Shown: positions 44,001-58,120, counted from the first letter of the stretch. The stretch: 64,000 bases of DNA from Saccostrea cucullata (GCF_032062105.1 NW_026937907.1:1-64000), one strand, 5' to 3'. Numbers and translations: made by a program. The notes: generated by a model from the sequence alone, not told the origin.

Positions 44001-46903
44001 TCCAGCTATAAGGTTTGGTAGGTAGAAACCGTATAAAGAGATTCCTAAATTTCGCTCTGCAAGCGACGCGCATTAGTACATGTATAGGATAAGTTAGAAA
44101 ACGGCTGTGAGCTCTAGGTAGATATGCGCCCGACTCTTATTCGGTAAAAATGTTAAAACTTTGACTCAGGTTATTAATAACAATTCTAAAATTGCATATG
44201 ATTTTTAGAATGTCCATGACAGTATCAGTAACAGAAGTTCTAAAGGAAAACTGACCTGGATAGAATATAACGGAGAAAAGGTAGCGGACTCGGAGTTCTG
44301 TATCCAGTTTATAAATCAGAAAATTAACATTGACCTGGATAAAGATTTCTCTGAGGAGGACCGAGCAGCAGCATTAGCTATACAGAGAATGGTGGACGAG
44401 CATCTGTTCTGGTGAGTGGAACACACCTTAATCTTCACCTTTTGATAATACATGGGTCAGATTGTACCCCATTATTTTGAATATTAACCTTTAAAGACAA
44501 AGTTAAAAACAAAAGACATGAGCCGTCTTGAAGTAAAACTCACATACTCTCACCTTTTCAATCTAATGAAGAGAACCCTGACATTCATAAATAAACCAAG
44601 AGGTCCACGGGTCTTAACAGTGACCGTGGTGTTTGAATGAATTTTCTAAGGCAACACTGCCCCTATGTGGGACTGGGACTCCAGACAAATGGGATGAGAT
44701 TTCTTAGATTGAAAGATTCAGCGTTCATTATCACACTGTATTAAGCTTGTTTGCAAGATGCTCAAGCTAAAAGAAGGATTTAAAAAAATCTTGAAATACA
44801 TGATCATCTTAATCATAAGGCAAGAACCTTGGGACAAAAAGTTTAAAATCTAATGTCAAATAGGTATTATGTATTTTTCAATACATGTACTAGTTAACGA
44901 CTAAGTGAGTCTTATTTTTCATACATTATTATATTTCATATCACTGGACCAAGGAGATATGTTTATCCAACTTCCAGGAAGTTATGTTTGTTTTTACTGT
45001 TTGTCTAAAAATCGTCAAAGTCAAATGCAGAACTGTGTAGCGTTATGGTTTTATATATATTTGTCTTTGACCATAACGCCACAGATGCGCAAGATTTTCT
45101 GCTCACGTTTTGGAAGAAATTCTCCACTTTCTTGCATTAGTCAATCAACTACCTTTCATTCCCTGTTTCTACACATATTTTGTAACTAATCTGTATATTT
45201 TATCCAACTCCTTACCCTTTTTAGTCGTCTTTACAGGCCAATAAACTTGTAAAAATTTTGTAATCCACCAGACAATTCAAATCAAGCTAGTTTACCGCTT
45301 GTAAAGAATACTAAAAAGGGTAAGGGGGGATAAAAATAAACAGATTGGTTAAAGAATACGTCTAGAATTGGGGAGTGAAAAGTAGTTGATTGACCAATGC
45401 TGGAAAATGGAGAAATTCTCCAAAATAGTGCGCAGAAAATCTTGCGCCTAAAATTGAACATTTTTTTGTATTACGGGATATATTGTCAAAGACTATTATA
45501 TAAACTAATATATAAACCTATAACGCTACAGTTCTGCAACTAAGTCAAATCAAACTAAACAAAAATGATTTTCAGAAGAAATCTGCTTTATTGTCTAATT
45601 ATTTCTTTATTTTCAATTAACGTCACAGATCGACCAAAATATTTCTTCCACATACTAAGTACATATATATTTGTACTTTAATTTAATCCCCAATTCATCG
45701 TTCTGTCATCATTGATGATTTTTTTTTTGACACTGCAGGACAGTTGCATTGCAGCGTTGGGTTTATGACCCTTCCAGTGGAATAGACCCAAGAAAAACAC
45801 TGAATTTTTCCTGGTTCACATGTCACATGATAAATAAATTGATACAAAAGCAAACTTATGCACAGGGAGTGGGCAGACACACAAAGGAAGAAGTTCACCA
45901 TGTAATGGATGAGGATTTAAAGGCCCTGTCAAAGTTTCTAGGTATTATCTGAAAAAAGGAATCATGTTAATATCATTATGTATTTGAATTTAAATCAATG
46001 TTCATTAGTTCTCTCCAAGTGAATATCAAGCTAAGTTTCAAGTTTTGTAGGATCAAATCGTATTTATTGACTGAGAACTCATAAAAATCTATTTCAGGAT
46101 TTTTTTGGATGAAGTTTGAAATATGGACTTAGAAAATCTTTCAATGGAAATAAAATACTTAATGATCAGAAGATAGATTTTTAAAAAATATGAATGTCAA
46201 TGCATATCATTGACATATCAAGTATACAAAATAAAAATCAGGTTTGAGGACCCTTTCTACACAAGTGCAAAAATGTTTTTTGAACATTGAGGATATAATA
46301 TTGAATATGTATATGTATACTTAATATTACAAATACAAAGTATCTTTATTAGAGTATATTATTTTATACATACTACATGTAGTTGTACAAAAACCGAAGG
46401 GTTTTACTTCGGAGATTGTTTTTCCCTTCGACAGGAAAAAAGAATTTTTTATTGGGGGAGAAAGCTTGCCAAGCAGACAGTGCTGTGTTCGGAATGTTGG
46501 CACAGATGTATTACCATGGCTTTGGGGGTTATGGGGAGAAAGCCATCAAGAGTAAAAGATTTATTCCTCTGAAATTTATTTAATACAGTCTATTTTCTAG
46601 TATCAAAGTTTATTATGACTAATTCACGAAATGTTACTCGATCTCACAATAATAAGGATGAGGAAGAAAAAGTTATTAATAATCACAATGATGCTTAATG
46701 AAGATCACTCTCCCTTCTTTAACGTTCTTCAGAATTTTTAAATATATATATTTTAAACATATACAAAATAAAATAAATCCAGACTCTCTTGCTTTACAGA
46801 GTACCCGAATTTGTGTGAATATTGTGATCGAATGAAGGAAGCACTCTGGCCAGACTGGGATGACTGTATAACCCATGGCTGGACAAAGGAAGCCACGAAA
46901 TAA
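41051..46903 (+). CDS. FAXC: Failed axon connections homolog (metaxin/GST-like); exons 41051-41161, 41409-41532, 44209-44411, 45739-45941, 46435-46551, 46800-46903
   Basis: N-terminal TM followed by basic residues, then PSLSPFCLKLETYLRMAKVP, SSKGKLTWIEYNGEKVADSEF, AQGVGRH, DLKALSKFLG.K.FLLG...ADSAVFGMLAQ and YPNLCEYCDRMKEALWPDWD. Confidence 0.9.
41640..43620 (-). mobile_element. Highly decayed Penelope-like remnants in FAXC intron 2, same family type as 28930-29850, duplicated
   Basis: Shared blocks atcagaggtgggatcag...ccatggagga, gatagaaaagttaaaatcatcacgtttatcata (antisense YDKRDDFNFSI) and atcagaaactcaagcatctc. Confidence 0.75.
41786..44130. repeat. Tandem duplication of a ~1.15-1.2-kb unit (about 41786-42919 and 42926-44130)
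   Basis: Both copies run from acaaaacgggga to gctctaggtagatatgcgcc with high identity and reciprocal indels. Confidence 0.92.
45027..45540. mobile_element. Foldback MITE with long inverted arms, possibly Mutator-like
   Basis: GCAGAACTG(TG)TAGCGTTAT ... ATAACGCTACAGTTCTGC termini with inner arms inverted for more than 150 bp. AAGTCAAAT flanks both sides. A miniature relative lies at 55099-55180. Confidence 0.75.
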
Positions 46904-47057
46904 AACAAACTCACAAAATGTAATGCCACAGTGACATCTAGAACCCACAATGTAATGCCACCCACACAATGTTTTGTTTTGAACATATTTTATTGTATAA
47001 TTTATACAAAGGAATTGGTTGCAAGTTCTTACAACTTAAAAAAAACCTTTCTATACC

Positions 47058-47167
47058 ATCTAGAAACCACACAATGTAATGCCGCAGTGACATCTAGAAA
47101 CCACACAATGTAATGCCGCAGTGACATCTAGAAACCACACAATGTAATGCCGCAGTGACATGTAGAA
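47058..47167 (+). repeat. 3 x 34-bp tandem repeat downstream of the FAXC stop
   Basis: tctagaaaccacacaatgtaatgccgcagtgaca x3; related copies at 46912-46960. Confidence 0.9.
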
Positions 47168-48054
47168 CATGAGTGTCGAATTCATCATTATTTTGCTTGT
47201 TAAGCTCCATCAAATATTATAAATCAACTGGCTGAAAGATGATCAATCTTTTTGAGAATTTATTCATATTCTTGTATTAAAATTAGTTAAAGATATAAGA
47301 AAGCTTTTAAATGTTTGAAATTATACTGTTTATTGATACATTTTTTTTAATGACTTCTAGAAAACATAAGAACCCACAAACGGGACATCTATCTGCTTAA
47401 TATCATCTCATAGTTCATATATGTTTGTTTAAATGATGTGGAAGAAGTTGCGATATTTGAATTATAAAGAGACCGAAATTTGAAGAAGTGTCACGGAAGA
47501 GTATAATTATATGTTATGTCACATCACATGACTGATTTTTTTTTTGAAAACTGAACTTATAGATAAGTGATGGTGATTAAAATTAGTATGCAAGTCTGAG
47601 GGAAACATTTGTCGTCGGTTTCAATGTCGTGCATGCCAAATGTGTAACGGAAAATGGCGTACATTACCGTTTATAATTACCATGCTATCAGCTTTTCAGT
47701 GATGTATCTAGAAAAAAATATAGTTTAAAAAATCCCAGAACGGATCATTGCATCTTTTAAATCTAGAGGAAAAATCACAAAGAAGGAAGAATTATGAAGC
47801 TCACAGGTTTTTAACTGGCCATTTACATTTTTTCGCTATACACTGGTAATTTTCAGGGAATACTTTTGGCATGATAATCAGTATATCGAACACAACTTCC
47901 TCCATAACTTAACAATATAACACAGTCGGAGAAGGAAACCTGCTATAGAATGAGCTTATAAATATTATGTAAAATAAGTTAGTTTTACACGTCGATTTCA
48001 TTCTTCAAAAATATCATAAATTCAAATAAAATCTAAATTAAATTTGACTTTCCA

Positions 48055-49566
48055 TTAATGAACTCTAGTTCTGCTTTCCCTCAGAACACCGACACTACGT
48101 GAGTTTTGTTGCCTTCCTCGTGTTTGGCGATGCATACCAACAGGAAGAACCCGATTTTCGCCAGAAAGGAAACGTTGGTTTCCATTTGATTGGGTTTTCA
48201 GAGATTTCTTCTTTGACCAATCAAGGTCCCTCAAGCGATTTTCGCAGATTTTTTCCAAGTCAAAATCTGAAAGAAAGAGTATTTTTCAGTACAAACTTTT
48301 TAAAATTGGAATTAAAAGGTTATATTATGATTGTTTCTTGTCATGTCATTATGGCATTCAATATTCATGGAGTAAAGACAGAAAGAATTCTCATATTGTC
48401 AATGATCTATAATCCCTTTCAATATGCTCAAATAATTTCAAGCTTCCACTTTCCCAGGCCAATGAACACAATCCACATACCATCGACTTTTCAAAGAAGA
48501 TTAATGGGGGTTATAAAAAGTCGGACTTAGCACATGCATCATGATGATTATTCGTTTTGAGATGAAACAAACCCTAATCTTTGTTGGCGTAGGTATTGAA
48601 ACAACCAGATAACAATAAATAATTTTAAAAAAGATAAAAGTCAATATTTATCTAGAAATTGAAACCTTTCTGTAGACTACTGTTTTTCCGTCCAAAAGCT
48701 GGAGGCTTTAACTTCGGATCGATTGTGGGATACGTGACATTTGACCCAAACATACGCTTTATATGTCCTTCAGATGCTCGTCTGTAACTTGGAGTCTCGT
48801 TACGGACGATATCTTTCATCGGCTTTGATTTTCTTGGTTTGCGAGTCTTGAGGTAAAAATCTGCTTGAACATTCAGTGGAAGACCATACAATTCCCGATC
48901 CATTCGCTCATGTTCCAAAAGTTTCCAAGTAACGTACTGACTGCGAACTCGCCATTCCTTTTCTCTTTGAAACTCAGTTCTTTTTCTTTTCAGGTCTTTA
49001 AGAATCTTGTTCTCGTTGTCTATTCTATTCCTTTCTATTTCACGTTGCTGTTTGAGTTTTTCCTGAGTATAGCTCGTCCTGAATGACACATACGTTTGTG
49101 AAAACTCATTTTGACGCCTTTTTCTTATGTTGTCGACGTCATAAACTTTCTTCATTTGATTGTAATATGTCTCCTGTCTTCCCCCAGTTGATAAATCGAC
49201 ATCCTTTCTTCTGGACAAGGCACTCCCAGATCTAGAGGGGGTCACAGATCGATGGTGTCCACTTGCTATACGTCTGGCTTTCTTCACTTCACTTTCCGAC
49301 TCGTACACGGAGTAGAAATCCAGTGGGGTATTCGTCCTCGGTTGATAAGAACACATCGTTATGTCTGAGAGACTTTCGTCTGTAATTGGTAATTCTTGAT
49401 AGCTATTTTTGTCCAATGTTTGTGTCAAAGGGCGTCGCTTTTGCCAGTCTGGGACATTCCGTTTTGCTGTTTTATGCAAATCTCCATCAGATTTGGAGAT
49501 AGACGAGCTCCATTGTGAGTTCCCCTGCTGCCAACGGGAATTCGGCTTAGATATCTTTGTTGTCAT
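48055..49566 (-). CDS. Uncharacterised basic, partly coiled-coil protein (~370 aa); exons 49566-48666 and 48266-48055
   Basis: 304-codon ORF with a phase-1 donor (AAAG|GTTTC) that joins in frame to the acceptor at 48266 (DFDLEKICENR...). Upstream acceptor near 49603. No family recognised. Confidence 0.7.
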
Positions 49567-52500
49567 TTTCAGACAATGAGATACCTATCAGAAACTGGAT
49601 ACCCTGAAATAAAATATGGTAAATTAATCAAAGGAATTGGAGAAACCATTAGGGAAAATAAAGTATCCCTTTTACATTCCAACAGAAGGGGAGAAAATTG
49701 AACCATAATTTCATATTTATTTTGATGAAATTCTTTTCACTTCAAACCTTAATTAATTCGACAATAAATCGTGAAATTATATTTATTGGCATAGAACAAT
49801 AAACGATATTAAAGAGATAAGTAAGGTTAAATTTTGATCTTTTTCTAATTAATAAGTAATGACCGAGTGCTCAATACCACAGAGAGACGAGTAACCGGTT
49901 ACTAAATAAAGGTTGACAACCCTAGTATTAAAGATTTACACTATTCAGTAATAATTTAAGTTTTTCATCATACACCATACAGAAAAAATTGAAGTATTTT
50001 CGCTACAAAGAAGCAAAAAAAAATCTCTTTAAGATTTAGGTGAAAATGAAAATTTTACAAGGTCAATTTTAGTTAAGCGCACCATATAGCTTCGTACCTA
50101 TATTTCTAGCATTGATATAATAGACTGTCAACAGATAAATGGAAAAATGATGAGATGTTATCCCGCACCACTTACTGTTACGTTCAAGTAATCCCCTTCT
50201 ATACTATATTATGCCATGTCTAGATTGTGTCAAAAATTAGTGCTTCTATTTAGGCTTCTGTTGCAGTAGCCATTCTAAGTCCAGTCATTTGATAATCAGA
50301 TTTTGATAATGTCGTCAAATCATGGTCAGTTTGTTGTTTTTGGGTGAGATTAGCCCGTATTAAAAGTCTTTTAATCCCAGTAGTTTGATTTTCTGAATGA
50401 TATCATTAACAATTCTTCAAACAAGTGGCAAAATATTTAAAATCCTTACCTTGGGAGAAGTCATCGACCACTGTCTCTTATAAAGTAAAATAAATAACAA
50501 ATATCTAATAAAACAAAAATTAACGGTGGAACGACTATTGAGGGTCAATGTGAAAGGTCATTATGACGGGGGCCTTGGCATGACTTATTTCAAAAGAATT
50601 TTTTAAAAGTTGAAATCGTGAACTAAAAAATGTTTGTAAGAATGATATGTAGCGAATCCAAATCGACATTGAAAATGGCTATATTTTTAGCAAATATGGA
50701 GTCTTTTTTAATCTCCATCAGAGACTAGTTACATTGGCAATGTTTTTATTTTTAAAAAATAGACTTAAGAAAATGGTCCCAGAAACTGTTTTGTGACAGA
50801 ACCTTATTTTCAAAAGCTTTTCAAATACTAGTATTTCAATGAACTGTATACTAGTAATTGATTTTCCAACTTGTAGTTTTGACAAAACAGATATAACTTC
50901 TACAGTAAGAAAGACGCCTACTAGTATTCATGCAAACTTAAGACAGTTGAATTTTGGAGGCAGAAATATTAGGAAGCCAAAAAGGGCATCCTTTTTTTCT
51001 AGATGGTATTGCTGTTTGGCATGTTATTTTCACAGAAAATACTCCCCTCCTAATTGCGGAATAATTTTACATAATTGTATATGATTTCTGTTGATGGGAC
51101 TCCTCCCCTACACCCAATACTAGTTGACTAAGTTTTTTGATTTTTTTTCAATTTCCAGTTTACTTATGTATTTTTGTTTTTCAGACACTTTCGGACACTT
51201 TTGTTGATGCTATTGTTGTTTGTTGTCGTGGGTCATTGAATTCCCCCTATCCCTTAGATAAAGATAAGAATCGAACAGAAAGTAAATACACTGTCAGTAT
51301 CGCAAAACAACAATATTTTGTCTATAGGAGATTTATATTACAATCGAAGTTTGGTGATTATACCTTGGATTTTAATTCAAATGAATGTATTATTTACCAA
51401 ATGTTACAAGAACACGTGTTATAGCTTTAGACAAACAGAGAACATCCATATATTTTGTACGCATTACAAATAATGCTAAACACAAATGTTCTTAATAAAA
51501 GCAATATGAGATCCATATTTGAGAAAATTATTTTTCTGTTTAAATGTGTTATTATGATTAATTTGTATGCAATTTAAACCCTTATGAAAATTAAAACTAA
51601 AATGAAAATTCAAATTGTTTCCGAAGAGACATTTATATTTCTGTACAATCGAACATACAGCATTATATACAATGTAAGAAACCAATAATGTAAAGGACGA
51701 CAATGATGTCATTTTGCTTCAACTAAAGCTTATAGAAAGTTCTTCCATCTCAAATATGATCAACAGAAGTATATAAATGTTCTATTTTTTTTTATTATTG
51801 AAATAGTTGATAACAAATTTGCGACAAAATTTTCCCATGTCAAACTTGCAGCTCATATTGCTATAAAAGAGAGAATTCAAGTTTTCTTTTTTATTTGTTA
51901 CTAACAAGAAGAAAATCATACTAAACGAGATTTTTTTTTCAATTGATGACATTATGCTCACGTCGGATGTAAGATTATAAGTGTAGCTGTAATGTATACT
52001 TTTTGTAACGTTTTTGACTATTTTAGAAATGTAGCAGTAAGTAATGTACCTCTGAAATAAAAATATAAATGCAATAAAACACTTACCTACTGGAAGTTCA
52101 TAAATACCTCAAAACTGGGTAGATCTATCTTAAAATCTCATCGGAATGATGAATCATTTACACGGTGTCTTCTGTTACGACTACCATGTGAGCCAGCTGA
52201 TACATTATTAATTAACAAATTTCCAGTAGCAATTAAATCAGTTCGTGTAATGAGGTGTAGCTCGTTTACAATCGATGGTTTATGATTTCGTTTTTTTAAA
52301 AGCCATTTTTCAGAGGGAACACCCTAGAAGTACTGGATTTGTTCCCCCATCATTGATTTGAATTAAATACACCATCGATTTGGAGACATTTTTTGTAAAG
52401 CAGAAGTCCATTATAATATTTCTTTATTTCACGAGTATTTCACTTAGTTTTGTGGATACAAAATTTCAAGAACACATAGAAATACTTTAAATCTTTATGA

Positions 52501-55500
52501 GTTTTGATATAAAAGTTTTACGAGTTAAGTTCCTGTGTGGTATTTTTGGTTTTAGAATTAACGAAAAGCAAGATATTCCCTTTTTTCTTAGAAACCAGTC
52601 ATTCAAAAAAAAAACCATGACAATAGATATAAGTAACTTTGTTCCAAAGTTCTTTATTTATATATATATAATTTTGCAAATCTGTTGTCGGGCTTATTTT
52701 TCAGGTATTACGTTTAAAATAATTTACTCGTCATTAAAAATTCTTTCCACTTAAACCATTATGATTGAATGGGTTAAACATATAATACTTAATAATTGTT
52801 TTTTAAGCGTGTGACTGAGGGCTTGGATAAGTAATATACAAAATTTCAAAAAGAAACACATAGTAAAAATCCATTTGTGGCTACTTTATAATTTTTAATA
52901 AGTTCATTGGTAAAGATAAGAAAGCGCTTCAAGTTCACAAATCTTACTAGTAATTAAGATGCTGAACAAAAAATTCCCCAAAGAGTCACAAGGCAAGGGT
53001 CAGTATATAGAAAGATTCTTCTTGATTTCTTGTCGGAAGTACATGTAACTGTAAAGGGTTTTATCATCTGATAACAATTAATGCTATATATCTCGTAAAT
53101 TGTATCTTTTCTGAGGATTTGTGTCATGCAATACATGTATGTCCGAACACACGGTGAATACTAAATGAGTACACAAACCACTGCTTTATTGGGAACTTGA
53201 ACTTAGGGAGAATGGATAAAATGAAGGCAAAATAACAAACTTAATATTTAAAAATGAGGAATAATAAGGTTATTTAAAACCATTAATTAACATGATAAAA
53301 TTTCGTTGAATTACATTCAATGTTCAACATAGACAACATAAGGAGAAAAAAAATTCAACAACTCAGATAAACATCTTTGATTAAATTTTTTTCACTTTTA
53401 TAGCTACATATCTACTAGAAATTTTCAAATATTTTGGAAATTAATAAATTGAGAATATTATACCTCTTTTTTTGCATGTCGATTTCTCAAAATAAACGTG
53501 GTTAAAACAATAAAGAAAAAAATATATATATAATTTTGCTGGTAAAGTCTGTTGTCGGGCTTGGCACCTGTAAATTATCTAGTTTAATACATATTTTTTT
53601 TTAAAACACAATAAAAATCACTTTCTAGAAAGCAAATTCATTAAATAGTTAAGCGATTGGATCAATTTGCTTTTATACCCGAAAAGGGCTCATATCGAAA
53701 TATTACTTGTAAATGACTGTTTACATCGTGTTTTTCACGTACTCGCATTTGCAAAATACATAAAGTACTACAGGACTAATTGGACAGTTAAGTTGATAAA
53801 TTTAACTTTAATCCAACGTTTTTCTATGCCATGGACACAAACAATGTGCTTTAAATGAATTATTTCCATGGGATTTGTCAATAACTAGCAAATTCATTTT
53901 ATAGGTGCTACAACTGGTTTCTGTTAAATTTTGGCACAGGCGACTTTTGATTTGTGTAAATGCGACAACTGGTTTACGTCTCTAAGACTGTTGGTTTATG
54001 TTACTTAACGTGAATAATATGAAATTATTCAAATTTACAAGAAAAGAATAATTGTTTTATAGTTTATAGTAATTTTTGACTATTGATTGAATCAATACAT
54101 AGTGTTCCATCAATTCTTTTTACGGATATTGTGTTTTTGGTTAAATTATTTTGTTACTTTTAAATAGAGTGATATGGTGTGAATGAGTAAGACGATGACA
54201 CCACATAATCCAAAACTGCACCAGGTATTCATATACAAATGTTGTGATCAAGCGAACAAGCTTTTTTAATGGAAATATTTTCCTTGCAGTATGTGTTTAT
54301 TCAAAACACGATGTGAGTATCTTTAGAGTTGAGTTGCATGTAGTCTAAATTTATCCAGTAACATCTCAGGTCCGTTGTATGCAAGTTGAGGTGTACTTTT
54401 TTCTGAAAATAGTCTTTTGATTTTCTTTTAATTCATGTTCATGATTTTTTTTATGCAGATATGCTTGCCCCCCTTTTTTTAGTAATCGTAAAGTAGCTGC
54501 CTTCCTGTAACTCGCTGGTCTGAAAAAAATGAGATAGACGACCAAAATGCCACTCATACAAAAATTTGTTTAAAAAAATTATTACGCACAAAAGCTGTGC
54601 TTGGTGCTAAATTAATTTCTCCAGATTCTTATCTCAACTGCACAAAAGCTAAAAAACATAATCCCAAGACCTCTAGCAACAATTCTTGTAGTTGACTTGT
54701 TCACGAATCGCGTTGCAATTGAAATGATTTTTCTTTAAAAATGGAAGTAAAAATGCGAAATGCGATGGTCTCAATTTCATGTCAAGGAGGGCTATTTACA
54801 ACAGTTGTGGAAATAGTAAGTGGATATTGTATTTAGGAATTTACTTGTATTTGGAACATCCAATTAGAAATAGTTTGAGAATATGACAGTTTGAAACCGA
54901 GAAACAGTGCATTTTTTATGCACAATAAACACACTTTTATTCCAATTGGTGGCACTGCAGCTCGCCCGTTTGTCAATATATATTTTTTTTTTAGAGCTAC
55001 AGTTCTGCAGCTAACCGTAAGGTTGAACTCTGGCAAATCCATGGAATATTTGAGGAAAGGTCTCCCACACACCAAGAAATAGACTGTTCTTCCTAGCTGC
55101 AGAACTGTATGTAGCGTTATGGTTTTATTGGTCTTGAAAATCAAGGATTAAAACATAAAACCATAACACTACAGTTCTGCAGATTTGTTCTTCCGTGCGA
55201 CTCTCATTCTTCTTCCATATGCATTTAAAAGAATCCACGGGTCTGCTTGTTTAATAAATAGATAGGTCTATTTATGTCATTCAAATATGAGAATATTTTG
55301 TTGAAATATTAAGATATTCCTTGCAAGTTGAATTTGCCATATTTCCAAGTCAAAGGTTAAAAAATTATTCAGGAGGTGAATAAAAAGCTATAACACACTT
55401 CCATGTTTCAACGTCTATTTCCTTCAAATACTTAATATATATATCTCTTATTTCGGGGGGGGGGGGTGTTCCAAGGTCTTTTTTTCGCTTCTTCTACATT

Positions 55501-56402
55501 GAAAGTTAGTAACCCTTAAAACATAGGTAGTCAATTGAAGATTACTAACAAGACGAAAGTGGAATTATTAAAATTGAACTATGGGATAGAGCTTTAATGG
55601 ACATATAACATATTTTAGTGAAAAAGATTATTTTTAAAGAATGATATCCAATGTATACTAAACAGAGTGAATTCTGCATTTATTATCCTTTAACTTTAAT
55701 CACATAATCGAACAATTTATGGGAGGGGGGTTATATGCAATACACATTAAATATTTGATAGAAGCTTAATTTATGAAACAACTAGTCAAGGACTGGAGGT
55801 ATATGTTTTTGGGACGTATTCAAGGACGTTGCACTATCTAATGTTCGAAAATAAAGTCTTTAGATGCTTTACTAGGAAAACAATGATACAGCAGTAAAAA
55901 GTCGCGCCTTATGAAACAGAACAGAAGCCAAACGTAGCAATTACAGGTACCGAAAGTCGCACATACAGCAACCATACTCGCACTGTAGATCAGAAAACTT
56001 TATATTGCATCAAAAGTTTTTATCTTGTGAAACATTAAAGGCATGGGAAATCATAAATGACTCATACAATACATATTCATATCACTTTTAACACAAATAA
56101 CGCAGTGTAAATCGTGTTTAACACGTAAAAAGAAAATATGAATAGATCCAGTGAAATACATTGAACATGTGTAATCTGAAGCAGTTACTGGATTTCTCCT
56201 TACATGTATTCAACTAACAAGCAATTCTACTGCATAAAATCATACTGAACATTAATAATTACGTCTTAATCAAATATTATATAATTTCTGATCGTTTAGT
56301 TGATATAAACTGCCTCATTGATGTAAACCAATAGTAGCTGGTGTCCGAAACCAAGATTTTCTCGATTCGCACTTTACCAGCAGTGACCTATAGTAATGTT
56401 AA

Positions 56403-57431
56403 TCAAGTCTCCAAGATAACTGAATTTGCTTTCTTATCCTTACATTTACACGCTTGATTCAGCGCTTTTCGAAACTTAACATCAAAAAATGTATAAATGA
56501 CAGGATTAAGAAAATGATTAACAATTATAAAGCGCGAAAAAATTATCCAAGAATTCAAGGAAGATTTGGAAAAATTTAGGTACGTGTACTGTATGCGGGC
56601 GTACGCCACCCAAACAAGTGCAGTGGTTGGAATAAATGACACAATAAATGCAACTACGATCAAAACATACATCATATTGAAAGAAGTTTGTAATCCAATA
56701 TTTATATTTCTACCTAAAGTGGGATTAGGATTTTGTTCGTTGCTGTTGCTATTACAGAGTGGTTCGCATTCCGTTCCTGTAACCTGGAAAATGCTTCTTA
56801 GCTTCAATGCAATGAGAGCATACAGGACTACGAGGGCGACAAAAATAACAATAACAGATACATACGTAATCCCCAGATATGTAAATATCAGTGGGTGATA
56901 CGTAGACGGAATGTCATGGTCTACGAACTTGCAAAGGGTTCCAGTAATAGATTGTTCTCGAAATTGTAATGTTACAGTGGAGGTTCCCGAGAAAACAAAC
57001 CAAGGCACCATGATAACAGCTGAGACGGACACAATGAAGCAGATCGAAAATCGCTTCCAGAAAAGGGTTTGTGTATCAACTGCGTGACAAACCTTTCTAT
57101 AACGCTGTACTGCTATGACCAAGAGTATAAATGCAGACAATAAACCGTTGAACATAAGTAAATATGTAAGCAATCTGCAGCATGTCTCCGAAGGATAGTC
57201 GAAAAAGAAATAATTATCCAATGCATTGTAGGCGGTCATTGCCATTGATCCCAGCAGATCTATAAAGGCCAAAAATGGGATGAAGTAGCGATCTCCATTC
57301 TCGTCTTTGACTTTGAAACAGTACAAGACAATTACAATAATGTTTCCAAAGATTCCAAAAATCCCAACAGTTGTGATGAAAACTGTACCAGGCAGTAGTA
57401 TTTCAGCATATTCTTCTGATGGATTGGCCAT
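56403..57431 (-). CDS. Intronless class A (rhodopsin-like) orphan GPCR, copy 1
   Basis: Seven hydrophobic segments, GN in TM1, LAFID in TM2, IAVQRY in TM3, NPVIY in TM7; start set at MANPS. Confidence 0.93.
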   Translation of the reverse strand: MANPSEEYAEILLPGTVFITTVGIFGIFGNIIVIVLYCFKVKDENGDRYFIPFLAFIDLLGSMAMTAYNALDNYFFFDYPSETCCRLLTYLLMFNGLLSAFILLVIAVQRYRKVCHAVDTQTLFWKRFSICFIVSVSAVIMVPWFVFSGTSTVTLQFREQSITGTLCKFVDHDIPSTYHPLIFTYLGITYVSVIVIFVALVVLYALIALKLRSIFQVTGTECEPLCNSNSNEQNPNPTLGRNINIGLQTSFNMMYVLIVVAFIVSFIPTTALVWVAYARIQYTYLNFSKSSLNSWIIFSRFIIVNHFLNPVIYTFFDVKFRKALNQACKCKDKKANSVILET

Positions 57432-57776
57432 CCCAAAGCTCAAACGAGAAATCCTCTGTCAAAAAGTTCTTCTCAAAAGGTAATCATTATCAGAATGTGA
57501 GCTTTATTTCTGTTGGAGCTTAAATATTTCCTTATTGAAAGTATGTACTACACAAGGATCATTTCCCCCATATACTTGTCGGTGCCCTGTTTTTTAATAT
57601 ATTTGATAATTTTTTCCATCATAACGTTTCCTGTCAAAAATGCTACACCAACAACATTGTGGTATTTAAATTGATCATTGAGTTCCTTTGATTTAGTATG
57701 CACGAGTGTCTAGTGTTTAAATTATTTTTTTTTTAAATTATATGGATTTTTTGGCCAATTTTCAAAACCATTTATG

Positions 57777-57853
57777 TCGTTAACGAGGTATAAAATGAAT
57801 GCTTTTTTGGATCTCGTAACCAAAAAAAGCATTCATATTATACCTCGTTAACA
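57777..57853. repeat. Palindromic hairpin
   Basis: GTTAACGAGGTATAAAATGAATGCTTTTTTGG ... CCAAAAAAAGCATTCATATTATACCTCGTTAAC. Confidence 0.8.
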
Positions 57854-57854
57854 C

Positions 57855-58120
57855 CATAGGCACTTGGTTTCAGGATGGTGTATTTAGTGTATTATGTGTT
57901 TTTCTAGGTGTGTCTGCATACCCTAATAAAAATAAAAATTCGCTGAAATTAGCACGTTTTAAAAATGTCATATTTACTCTTTTTATATATAGTAAATATG
58001 ACATATTTAAAACGTGCTAATTTCAGCGAATTTTTATTTTTATTTTGATGAGGGTATTCAGACACATCTAGAAAAACAACTAATACTCAAAATGCACCTT
58101 CCTGAAACCAAGTGCCTATG
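57855..58120. mobile_element. 266-bp foldback MITE with CATAGG termini and near-perfect 8-bp TSD (P- or hAT-like)
   Basis: CATAGGCACTTGGTTTCAGGA ... TCCTGAAACCAAGTGCCTATG; almost the whole element is self-complementary; flanks GTTAACAC / GTTAACAA. Confidence 0.85.

Noticed and set aside
50800-56300. Numerous 60-100 aa ORFs in the AT-rich intergenic region
   Set aside because: Low-complexity F/I/L/K-rich translations with non-ATG starts, no motifs and no consistent splice structure.
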